Positions 27,837-38,780 of a stretch of 64,000 nucleotides of DNA are shown here, in pieces. Below the pieces are notes generated by a model that saw only the letters and a list, made by a program, of their open reading frames with translations, was not told the origin of the DNA and did no database searches. A program made the position numbers and the translations under genes. The DNA is from Kondoa subrosea (Eukaryota): contig BCIN01000007.1 of assembly GCA_039545335.1 (NCBI GenBank), positions 868,001 through 932,000 on the forward strand, given 5' to 3'. Numbering within the stretch: the first letter of the stretch is position 1; the number at the start of each line of letters is the position of its first letter.

Positions 27837-28906
27837 TCAACCTCTTCTTGAACTTCCTGCAAAGGCTTTCTTGACAGATGAAGCAGCTCTTGCAGCACGA
27901 GTTGGCCCATAGACGTCTTCAGGCTTTGCATATTCAGCCGGCGAACCGTAGATAGGGTGTTGAGCTGCAGCAGCTTCATCGCGAAGTTTGCGAAGAAATT
28001 CGAAACCTCGCCGAAACTCCTCCTGGAACATCGTGTTGAACTCCTTCGGGGTTATCTTTCTCTGTTCAATCTGACCCTCTCGCGCAAAAGCCCGAAGGAA
28101 TAGAGGGTCTGGCCAAGGTGCTCCGTTTCGTGTATAGCCTGCGAATCGATGGGCAATAGCGTAGCGAACGTTCTCCATAACGCATTCTATATCCAGAAAG
28201 GCTGAAGATAAAAAGCGAATCCATAAACTCGGGTCATTTCTGGTGTAAACCGCTCCCGCTTCAAAGTCGATTGCGACTGGTAGAACAGGCATACCGCTGC
28301 GGACAATAATGTTGCGCAGTGAAAGATCACCGTGAGCGACCCTATTATGCAAGAGTAGTTCTTCAGTATGCTGTAGCATAACACCTAGGAAGCTGAAGAT
28401 ATCGTCTTGAGCATGAGCAAATGCAACTCTGTCCGAAGGTAGTCTATCCAATCGGAAGTATGTTTGGGCAACCTGTCAAACCTTGTGTCATACGCTATTC
28501 AGTACGAAGTGAAAAGTAGACTCACAACTCCAGCGACATTTTCAAGGAGTAGGACACTTGTAGTGGTCTCTTGAGCCAACCCAGCTACAGTTTCGGCTCT
28601 CAGAATACGGAAGCCGCCAGGGGTCAGCACTTGATGGCAAAGAAGATGTTCATAAGGGCGAGCGACAAATCCGGGCACAGCTTGATGAGCAGCTTCGTGA
28701 ATACTACCTTCAGCCAGTCGGACAGAATTCAACTTCAAGTAGCCAGATACACGACCAACAGAGGTGCTCGATTGATGAAGGAAGGTGACCCTCGCGAGCC
28801 TTTTGCCGGGTTCGGTATATGGCTCGTATCCTTGCAATTGAATTTGCCGTTCTCCCAATAATTGACCTGTGAAGATAGCATTGAAGACGTTCTGCAAGAA
28901 TGTCAT
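27837..28906 (-). CDS. Divergent protein-kinase-like protein, two exons
   Basis: VAHGDLSLRNIIV catalytic loop and AIDFE metal-binding motif; SVLLLENVAG hinge-like segment; intron at about 28473-28526. Confidence 0.65.
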
Positions 28907-29459
28907 AAGGAGATGAAATGGTGATTGTTGTTGACAGAAGGCAGGAGAGAAAGAGCGAGGGCAGAAGCAAATAAGAGAAGAGAAGAAAGGGATTATTAAT
29001 CGCCAACAACAAGGGGATTGTTTGTTACGGCCAACTTGCGAAAAGATTGGACCGAGTCATGTCGTTAGAATATGTCTGGTGCATCTCAGTACTGGCAAGA
29101 TACGCGTAACCATTTGCAACATTTCCAGTCAACCGGAACTACTTGAGTCATTAAAGGGCTTAAGCTTCTTCTAAGCGAATTAGCCATCTAGTACAGCGGT
29201 GTCTTCAAGGCAAATGCTATGCAAGCAACTAGCTCGCTAGGGAACCATTTTGACGAATCGATGACCGAAAAGACCTATTCGTCCTACCAAAGCTGAAGTT
29301 GGCGCTGGAGTGACCGGGTCTAGGTATACAGCGACGAGACCTGGAGATGTAGGCAGGTATTAGAGATCTTATAGCGGTCGATTGTACATGACCGACATTT
29401 GACAAGCTTCCTACGAGGTTCCTACAATCTTGAATGGCATCGTTTCTTTTCCGGAGCCC

Positions 29460-30355
29460 ATGACCTTCCTGCGATCACTCTTCACAGCAAGTATGGCCTC
29501 TGCAGCAATCAGACAACCTCAAATCCCTGCAAGCTGGCCTTACAGCGCTTCAGATTTCACGCGGAGCGATTCATCTCCAGACACGCATTTCTATTCTAAT
29601 GCCCGTTTTATGGAGCACATCGATGATCGCTGTATAGCTGCCTTGACTGATTACTACGGATCTGTCTTACCTCAACCTTCTTCTCAAGCGAAACCGAAGA
29701 TCCTCGATCTGGCTTCATCTTGGATCTCACATTTACCTAAAAGTTTCACGCCTGAAGCTACTCGAGTAATAGGAGTTGGTATGAATCAGAAGGAATTGGC
29801 TGCGAATCCTGCATTGAGCAGTTATTCGGTCAGAGATCTGAATGCCAATCCGTCATTCGAGGGAATCGAGGGATTGGAAGGAGGAAGCGTGGATGCGGTC
29901 GTATGTAGCGTATCGATTGACTATTTGAGTCAACCTAGGAAGATTATGGGCGAGATAGCGAGGGTGAGTGCGATGACTGCTCATGTGAATGTCGTTGATT
30001 TGTCCTTAGGTACTCAAAGCTGGCGGATCAGCTCATATGACCTTCTCGAATCGTTGCTTCCCTACCAAGGTGCTCTTTCCGATTGTACGAATGACAATCA
30101 AGCTAATATGGTATATAGGTTGTTAATCGTTGGCTGCACATATCAGAACCAGAGCGTTGCAATCAGGTAATTCTAACGTCGTATAAGGTGTTGCAAGCTT
30201 ATATCATGGTTCAGGTCGCCAACTACTTTGCTTTCGCGGGTGACGAGAACACCTCAAGTCCATCTAACCTGTTCAAGGAAATCGAGATCCTGACTGTATT
30301 GGAACCGAGTTGGTCTGGCGATCCGCTTTATGTGGTGCGAGGGAAGAAGGCATAG
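29460..30355 (+). CDS. SAM-dependent methyltransferase (type 11-like)
   Basis: FYSNARFMEHIDD, ILDLASSWISHLP, GMNQKELAANP, CSVSIDYL, TFSNRCFPTK, SGDPLYVVRG; start codon uncertain. Confidence 0.88.
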
Positions 30356-30980
30356 TCAGTGAGAAAGATTCTTCTGCTTGCTCGGAAGTTGACTGATCTC
30401 ATACATAGGCTATGAAAAATAACTGTTGTGTATATGTCGATTTGCACTCTTTTGCGATGTGAGGCGAGCTTGACCTCTTTTTCTCTTTCTCCTGCTTCGA
30501 TGCCTTCCTTCTTCCCTGCTACATCAGTTTCTTTTTGCTGTGCTACGCTACTGTGGCTATTCTGATCAGCAAGCGCTGCTGTACTGTCGCTGGAGAAATA
30601 TCTGACTGTAACTCCAGGACTAAGATCAATTCTGCTCTTTCTCGTTATCACCCATTGGATAGTCCAGTAGATATGCCCTAATAGCCGCAGCTTCGGGGTC
30701 CACCATGACAAAGACATTGCGCTCCAGTTTCCAGGCATCGCATACCTGCTCTCGAGGTTGCCCGAGCCCGTCGGACCCTACCAATTGAACAGGTTTCCGA
30801 CTGCATTCGAACGCAAGGTCAGACAAACGCACACAATAAGTTGGAGATCTTGGAAGATGTCTAGGGTTTTTTTTTTTGCGATGAGCGCGAACGAGGAAAG
30901 AACTCATTCATGAGGCAGACAAACTTTGAACAGGAAATAAAAATCTATATACAATCATGGTTGAAGCAGAGCAGTGCAGA

Positions 30981-31551
30981 TCAACGGCTATAGAACCCTA
31001 GAGGAGTTGCCGATCCTCGTCTATACGCAAAATCCCGTTGAGTCACCATTCAAACCATGCAAGAAAAGCCAAAAGACTCACGCTACAGTGTGTTGTGTCA
31101 TATGCTGATGGATCGCCTGATGATCAGGGCTGCTGTTATACCAATCGTGTATGTAGGCGACTTGAGCCTGGACCAGAATCATTGAAAATACCACAAATAC
31201 GATGCAGATGCAAAGAGCCTACGGAGCCGACATTGGGACCTGGATGATTACCAGGATTTCCTGTATAGTTGGGATGGAAAGCGTGCCATTCACCAGATGC
31301 AGTTGGTCTCAGCATGTTCGTCGCTTTGGCGTATTCCCATCCCTGAACGGCATGGAACAGGTGAGCGTCATGAGCCTGCTGCCAAGCTGCAAAGTGGGCA
31401 GGCTTGCTGCCAAGCTGCAAAGTGGGCAGGCTTGTAGAGGCATCAATGGTGTCTGTTACCGAAGACAACCGCGACTTACAGATGTCGGATTGTCGTAAAG
31501 AGCCTGAGTGGCAGCGATATGAGCTTCTCTAGCTTCTCCAGGTGTCGACAT
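30981..31551 (-). CDS. Small His-rich hypothetical protein, four exons; possibly disrupted by a 28-bp duplication
   Basis: Spliced model MSTPGEAREAHIAATQALYDNPTS|PAHFAAWQQAHDAHLFH...NVGS|AQVAYIHDWY...HTV|ARGSATPLGFYSR* with GTAAGT, GTAGGC and GTGAGT donors. Confidence 0.55.
31377..31434. repeat. Perfect 28-bp tandem duplication
   Basis: TGCTGCCAAGCTGCAAAGTGGGCAGGCT occurs twice head to tail. Confidence 0.95.
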
Positions 31552-32042
31552 AATGATTCAGGTTACTGGAAAGAGGAGAACGATTGGATAGCGGACAGAA
31601 AGCGGGGGCTGACTGCATTTTATAGTCCTCCAAGCGATTCATCCGCGGAAGAAAGTCAAAAACCGAGGAGCTTCTTTTCCACGGACGGACATAGATGGCG
31701 AGAGATACAGGACTGGAGATAGCATACTCAATACACCGCACAGATAGGCTTTCTATTGGTGCAAAAGAATAAGTTGGATAAAGCAAGCTGGTGATGCAGG
31801 GAAATGCTCCAAGGCAAATTCTAGCAGGCTTTTGAATTGACAAGAAGAGCAATCTGCATGGTCATCACAACGGAACAATCAATCGGAAGAAAGAGATGCG
31901 ATTGAGGATGATCTTGTCGTTGAAAGCAATTCTCACTGCATAGACTGGCTGCGCTCTCTGCGATTGATTAGCCCTGAATCAAAACTGGGGACCTGCTACC
32001 ACTCAGACAGATCACGGCCCGAGTGATAGCCTCGCTCCGCAC

Positions 32043-32100
32043 CGATGCACGATGAACGAGATTCTCGATTTGATGAAACGATGAAACGAGATTCTCGATT
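32043..32100. repeat. Short imperfect tandem repeat with palindromic core
   Basis: GATGAA(A)CGAGATTCTCGATT twice plus CGATG(A/C)A units. Confidence 0.8.
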
Positions 32101-32200
32101 GTCTTTGCCAGGTTCAGTAGCCACAACTGTAATAAATCTTACAAATTTTTAGTTTTGATTCTGAATATGTTTGAGGACCAGGGGTCGACCCATCTAAAAT

Positions 32201-32351
32201 GGGGATATGACCGAGTGGTTAAGGTTAGCCTCATCTCACATTCAAGTTGACGAAAATCTAACTCTTCCCTCAAGGTGCCGTGTTTAGGCAGTTTCGTCCA
32301 AACAGTGATCCGCGGTTCGAAAGAGCAGGAGTTCAAATCTCCTTGTCCTCA
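32201..32351 (+). tRNA. tRNA-Leu(UAG) with two introns: 51-nt GT-AG insert in the D-arm (32224-32274) and 21-nt canonical intron at 37/38 (32289-32309)
   Basis: Spliced sequence GGGGATA TG ACC GAGTGGTTAA GGT G CCGTG TT-TAG-GC CGCGG TTCGAAAGAGC AGGAG TTCAAAT CTCCT TGTCCTC A: all four stems pair, class II variable arm, A discriminator. Confidence 0.9.
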
Positions 32352-32353
32352 GA

Positions 32354-32358
32354 TTTTT
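32354..32358 (+). terminator. Pol III oligo-T terminator
   Basis: TTTTT 3 nt after the tRNA-Leu discriminator base. Confidence 0.7.
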
Positions 32359-32511
32359 GCTCGCCGTCATTTTTGCACGGGGAGATAGATCAAATTAGGG
32401 AAGTAGGAAAGGGAACTATACACCAGCGCCAACAGCTTGACGCAGGATCCGCTGCTAAGGATCTCATCAGCATGTATTGGATGATCCCAGAGGAAACAAA
32501 CCATGACATGC

Positions 32512-33480
32512 TCAATGCCTCCAACCGACTTCATGCCCATTCTCTCGATGCAGTTCCAAAAAACCTCTGAACCTGACTGAATGTTGCTGATCAACAGTCC
32601 AACGTATCCCGTAGCCTTCAAAATGACGAACTTCGACAGCTGTGATGCCATGAGGTAGACTATGAAGGTTCAGCCATGTTGCATGAGAAAGGATCTTGAT
32701 TATGGCTTCATTGGCTGAGGCATTGATCTTGTGCTCTGTCAAGACATGAGATACAGCAAAGCAGTAGGCACTCAACACGCACGAGGACCAGTATTGCTTG
32801 GCCCTAAGACAAAATTCAGACTTGACAAAATAGCCAACAAGCGACTCACAAAAGGAAGATGATCGCTTTGCATGCTTAGAGAGTGCTCTTCCGGCCACAG
32901 TGAGCAGATTCGGTACTCGGCGCGGTTTCTGATGCACATTTGGGTTACGATTATATTCTGACCATCGAGCAAAGATTGTTTCATCGTATTCATGCAGACT
33001 AGTAGCAGCAAAGATGCAATCTTTTAGAGAAGGCGGCAGTATGGTGAACTCTGAGCCTGGCGTTCTCCGACATCGACAGAGTAGCGAGAGGCATTCGACT
33101 GGAGTACACTTTCTTGATATCAGACCAGGCTGCAATATGATTCTATTCATACTCACTATACGGAATGCCTTGAGAGCGGCATGCAAATCCACAACTAGGT
33201 CTTTCCTCAATTGGACGATGTTGCGAGCCAGTGTTTTGGCGTGTGATATTGCTTCAGCGGCCACTGCGAAGCCTTGTCTTGTATACTCTTTCTCATCCAG
33301 TAGATTTGTCACCAATTCAGCACAGCTCAGAGGGCCAGAAACAAGTGCGAGCAGAGGTTCGTTTAAGCAGGTTTCATTCCGTTCCGGCAGCAAGGTATAG
33401 GAGGGCAGGGCAGCTCGCAATGGCTCAAAGGCTGATACAAGAGCTGGAGAAGAATGCTTTTCATCGTGCAAAAGCTCCAT
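32512..33480 (-). CDS. Uncharacterised protein; C-terminal domain resembles the one in plant 'RNA-binding ASCH domain' proteins
   Basis: LTVAGRALSKHAKRS...WLNLHSLPHG...EVRHFEGYGIRW...FRGFLE...GHEVGWRH; the ORF probably reads through in-frame introns. Confidence 0.6.
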   Translation of the reverse strand: MELLHDEKHSSPALVSAFEPLRAALPSYTLLPERNETCLNEPLLALVSGPLSCAELVTNLLDEKEYTRQGFAVAAEAISHAKTLARNIVQLRKDLVVDLHAALKAFRIVSMNRIILQPGLISRKCTPVECLSLLCRCRRTPGSEFTILPPSLKDCIFAATSLHEYDETIFARWSEYNRNPNVHQKPRRVPNLLTVAGRALSKHAKRSSSFCESLVGYFVKSEFCLRAKQYWSSCVLSAYCFAVSHVLTEHKINASANEAIIKILSHATWLNLHSLPHGITAVEVRHFEGYGIRWTVDQQHSVRFRGFLELHRENGHEVGWRH

Positions 33481-33725
33481 ATGAGGTGGTCGTCTGCAGG
33501 AAGGTGTTTCGAGATTTCTCGCGACAGCACATCCAGTGATGATTACGCGTTCTTTGGTACCAGATTCGACTCTTACCAGCCAGTCACCCTTCTCTTGGCT
33601 AATTTGAAGGCTGCTAGAAGGCTTCTGAACCGCGATGAAACCGCACGCAAAGAAATAGAAAACGCTTGACAGAGTATTGTTTTGGTTATCTAATGTACAA
33701 AAACTGCACAGCTCTCATCAATCCC

Positions 33726-33817
33726 GCATTAGTAGGCTAGTGGTAAACTGCGGCTTTGCCAATAGATTCATTTCTATCATAGTAGCCGCGTCCCGTGTTC
33801 AATTCACGGCTAATGCA
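33726..33817 (+). tRNA. tRNA-Gly(GCC) with canonical 21-nt intron (about 33762-33782)
   Basis: GCATTAG/CTAATGC acceptor stem, TAGTGGTA D-loop, CGGCT/AGCCG anticodon stem with TT-GCC-A, CCGTG-TTCAATT-CACGG T-arm, downstream TTTTT. Confidence 0.93.
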
Positions 33818-33980
33818 ATTGCAGTTTCTTTTTGCTCGTCGCCCGTTTACATCCCTTTTTGGTTTCATTTGGCATCAAGGTTATTTCCATTTTTGGCCGT
33901 TAATGTCAAATGAGGGCTGTTGCAATTGTTCTCTGCTCAAATCGCAAGCACAAACAACTCTCTTTTGATATTCATGCGAA

Positions 33981-36603
33981 CTAGACTAATGCTGACCGAT
34001 CCTTGACTGCTTTCACACCAAACAATTCAAAATCATCTCTGCGAATCCACATATCGTTGGACACATCTAGTCTTGCTAGAACGCTGACACCTTTCCAAGC
34101 CAGGATGCGATGGTCCAACTCGCGTGTAGGTGGTTGAATTACTACACTAGGCGATTGCGAAGAGTTTGGATAGCGAGCAGCCATAAGTGGAAGAAGTCTG
34201 GAAGGCGAATGAGCTCTCTTCTTGTCGCGAAAAGGGAAAAGACTGACCTAGATTGCAATCCCCAAGCTACGTTTACCAACTTCGCTGTACCTCCTACAAT
34301 GAAGATGTTTGCAGCCAACTTCTTCATTCTTTCTTCGGTAGCTGTAGCGATCAAGCTTTCAAACACAGCCAAATCCAATGGAACTTTACTTGATTCAAAA
34401 ATAATCTCCGCACTAGATCTGGTGTCTTTGACTGTCGGGGCTGAAGCAGGAACAGGAGTCGGAAGAGTGGCTGGTTTGGGACTGTTGGCTCGAGACATGC
34501 TTTCGTCAGCACCGGCGTTGCTTAGTGAAGGCGAGACCGCTCGCGATTGAGGTTCCGGGGCCAGGGAAGGGGTGGATACTCGCGGTAGTGTTTGGTCGAG
34601 CTGTACACTTGCTCTCATTGCTGCCGTCTGCGTAATATTATAAATGTGTATACTTTCCGGTAAAGTCTTAGATTGCTCACTGCTCGATGTTTGCCAACAT
34701 CCACAACGCCATCTACACTACCCAATGGTGCCCAGAGCTCATTTCTAGCTGCTGCTTTCTTTTGAAAGTCAACAGCTCTTGGATGGAACAAGCACTATGC
34801 CCAACTTTAGCTAAACATCGCAATCAAACCGAAAGAGCAAAACCTACATAAGGAGCGAGAATTATTTCATCAAGTAATCTGACGGTATGCTTATGCATCG
34901 GTTTGTTTGGTCTCCGAACATCAAAGTTGAAAAGATTCAAGCCAACGTCAGCCTATTTTACTTAAGCTGACGAACAAAGATAATGCAGAAAGTCAGAGCT
35001 CACCTCCGAAAGAACGCAGATAGATTCCTTGAGCGTATTCAACATCTGCCAGTCATAGGCGCGATTAAGGTTCAAATCCTCGTAAGGTAAATTTGCACGA
35101 AGTAGAAGTTGCGCCAAGAGCTCTGTAATATCGTCGCCTCCATACGCGAGCGTCATTCTGGATGGAGATGAGTAGACGGACGACATGGCAGAATAATCAT
35201 CTGACCTTGTGTCTGCCATGATATTCCCTTCCTCGATACAAGCAATACTGGTCTTCGTCGCGCCAATATCGATAATGCAAGCTGTTGACACGCCTACACC
35301 AAATGTCACAGCTAGACTTTCCTGAAGGCTGAAGTGAGTACTAGTATGGGTTCATATAAGATTGCACCAACTTGTTGAAGGCAGAGCTTCTTGAAACCCA
35401 TTGTACAAAGCAAGAGATGCGTCATTTCCCTAATGAAGACATCGTCCGCAAGATCAGGTATGATGAGAAGGACAGAATATTGCTATCTGCATTTTCAGCA
35501 GATGGAACCGCATGACAGACGGGTGACTCACCTCATGTTCCGTTCGGGGAATCTCCAGCTCCTTCTCTAAAACCAACGTCCATAATGTTTCGATATCTCC
35601 CAGAAGCTCAGCAGAGGAGTTGTAGCCTTTGCTATTGAAGTTCCCTCGAAGAATTGGCCATCGCAGGCTGTAGCCCGACTTTTCTGGATCAGCAAGTCGG
35701 AGTGCCTGATCGAGCTGTCAGTTTGAATCAGCAGACAAGCACGCAGACTGACTTCTTGCCCTATCAATGCATCAGGATATTGTAATTCAGCAGGTTCAGT
35801 CCAATCAATCTTGAAGGGATCATTCATTTCAGGTATGATATCTGGATGAGAAGTTTCGTTGTATGATTGAGCTTGACCTTGACCATTTGGAGCTAGTCGA
35901 AGCTTGTAATCACGCATTCGAGCTCTGAATCTACTTCGAATCACTTCAATTTTTGGGTCGAGAGACTCATCAATCTCCAAAGGTGAGCCTTCATAGATCG
36001 TTGGCTGCTTTGGATCTCGAGTTCTCTTTTGTTTGCGAGCAATAACATGTTCAATGGAAACAGGTAACGGGTCAGAAGCTTTGCCAATCCGAAGCCAACG
36101 AGAACCAGGATGAATGACAATGACTTTGGCAGCACCTTCTTCTGTAGTGCTGGGTTGCGGCACTACAGCTGGTAAAGTGGAAGTAGAAGCTTTAGGTGGT
36201 TTCACTTCTTCTGATGTTCCCTCAGTCAAAAGCATAGCTAGACTTCCTTTCACTTCTCCCTCTGGCTCGCTCAGCTTCCTACGCTTCTCTGCTCGCTCAG
36301 CTTGCCAACTCGCATCGGTCTTGCGTCTTGAGCCATACCAAGTCTGACTGTCTTGTTTCGCGAATGAGCCAGAGACGTTCTTTGCGTTCAATGCACCAAT
36401 AGGAGCAGCTAGATGTGACATATACGATCAGGATACACGTGTGGCAGAAGTACAGGAAGGCTTACGAAAGGACGAGAACTTGAATGAATTGCCAACCGAG
36501 TCTGTGGTCGCTTTCGTGGATTTGGCAGCGCCAGCCTGTAGCGGATCAATGAGGGTATGTAGCTGAAGTGTACTCGCATTACCTTAGATACTCCTCTGGG
36601 CAT
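33981..36603 (-). CDS. ARP8: Actin-related protein 8 (INO80 complex)
   Basis: KVIVIHPGSRWLRIGKASD, TFGVGVSTACIIDIGATKTSIACIEEG, LAYGGDDIT, LAWKGVSVLARL. Confidence 0.92.
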
Positions 36604-36808
36604 TTTGGTGTGGTGCTTCGATGCAAGGAGTGTCAACCAGTGGAACTGGAACTAATACTATAGGAAGCAAGTAGATCAATGAATCTTCAAATGATACAAA
36701 TGATACACGATGCACGACGACGACAAGAAGTAACAATCCGCTATTCTACATTTTCTTCTTCTTCTTCTTCTTCTTCTTGCTCGAAATCCCTCAACATCGC
36801 CAACCCAA

Positions 36809-38482
36809 TCATACATCCTCCTTTTCTTGACCTTTTGGAAATGAAACATAAGCAGAGGAGTAACCACAAGTTGGTATCTCATGTGAATCTTCCAACATTT
36901 CCATCTCCGCAATGGATCCTTCTTCCTCCTTCATCGTAAGTGATTTCAATCCTACAGTTGATTCCGTCGGAGTCCTTCTGTCAGCCCATTGATACCGCCG
37001 AATGACTGGTGATCCTTGTTCTACAGTAGTTGTCGAATCAATAGTGATATTGATATGATCGCTGAGTCTTGATCTTGCTCCAGACGCAAGGCGAGCCTTG
37101 TTAGTCATTTCAGTATGTGTAGTTTGCGTTGGCTGTTCAGTTCGGTTGATAGTGATGGAAATGACTTTTCTTGTTGCTGTATAGAGAATGACGTTGATGG
37201 CACCAGCAGAACAGAACAGAACGCCAAAACCGGTCAGGATCTTGAAACTGAAGATAGTTGGATGTGCGAGAGCTGCGGCACGATAACTGGCCATAGGAAT
37301 AGTACATGCTCCATAGGCGATTGGAAATCTATATTACGATATAAGTATGAGTTGAATTATTGTGCAAGAAGGCAATTGCGCGTACAGTAGCATTCTTTTT
37401 GCAATAGTAGAAGTCTGACCGACAGGTAGTCCGGCTGCTTTGCTCTTGCGGTCTTGACGCATCAACATGATGAAAAGATAGCTATAGACCAGGAGGTTTG
37501 ATGTTGCGCAAAAGAAGATAAAGATACTGAAAGCATGTCAGTCAAGCAGTACTTAGCTCAATAGACGAGACTTGCTAGTGGAAATAAAGGCGATACCATC
37601 TGAAGCTTCCCCCAATAAAACCTAATACAGACAACTCATTCAGCGCTCTAGTCAACTGCTACAGGCGGCTCCAGGCGCTTACACCATAATCCGGTAAATG
37701 TGTAGTATGATCCTAGTCCGTCCTTCTGTAGTAATACCGGACCGATGAAAGCCATCTAGGCATGGTACTTCAGCGAGCAATAATGGAATCTGCACCAAAC
37801 TTACAACTGCATCAACGATCCAGATGAAGACGACTGCTGCGCCTACCAGCTTATTGGAAGGTCGATAACGATGACATAAAAGGGCTGCTGTGCTGTATGA
37901 AGGCTCAATTCCAGTATACAGTAGCTGATATTGACGACACGTACTGATATCCGATAGCAACTGCACACCAGCGATCAGTCCGGTACATGATCTGGTCAAT
38001 ATAAGCTCACTACTGAACAATCCTGAGGCGAGATCGCCGAGCGAAATCAATGCACCTTGAAGTTGGCATGATGCTGGAGCGTGATGTTGAGGACTTGCTA
38101 CGACAGGCGAGCCATTGATTAGCCATATATACTCGAAAGTGAACCCTATAGCCGTAAGAATATCTAAAGCGAAGCTTTGTTTATTGCTATTCACATAGCG
38201 AAAGATTGTGTGCTCACCTGCCAGAAGTAGATTGATAAAGAGCATGCCGAATTGGTTGTTGATATAGCCCACTTCAAGTGTACTTGTTGTTGCCGTCAAG
38301 CCAGATGATCTTCTATTCTTTCGCAGCCTTGCTTGCACAAGGGAGAAGCAGAGAAAGGCCAAAAAACCGACGCATACGACCAGCGAGATCAATGCAAATG
38401 CTGCAACAATATGCATAGCTTGACGTTGGGCTTTGGTGCCATCCCAAACTTGCCAAAACGGTGTTTTAGGCGCAGAAACCAT
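36809..38482 (-). CDS. Git3/Gpr1-like 7TM G-protein-coupled receptor (copy 1)
   Basis: NQFGMLFINLLLA, CQLQGALISLGDLASG, RWYRLYFHY, IAKRMLL..PIAY, GAINVILYTATR. Confidence 0.8.
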
Positions 38483-38780
38483 TCTGAGTTGCCAACTTTG
38501 CGCAGAATGAACTGTTAGTATTCAAAGGTAGTTCTCCAGAGCGAGAGGGGCGCAAGCCGCCCTTTGCTGACTTGTGAAAGGGGAATTGAAGAAAAGCAAC
38601 AAAAGCGGAAGGTTGAGTGATCGCCATCTGGAGTCGCGACTTGCCATGTTGATCGGAGTATTTCCGACTTTTGGCCGAAAGCTTTGGCCGACAGCGCATG
38701 CTTGCTGCTACAGAGGTTGCCAAGCAGGTTGCGAAGCGCCCAGCAAGTTCGAAACTCGACCTCTACCCGCTGTACCAATT

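Noticed and set aside
33762..33782. tRNA-Gly intron ends in AG
   Set aside because: It is 21 nt, sits at the canonical 37/38 position, and has no GT donor or branch point, so it is an ordinary SEN intron.
36753..36779. (TTC)n microsatellite
   Set aside because: Ordinary simple repeat in a UTR or intergenic region.
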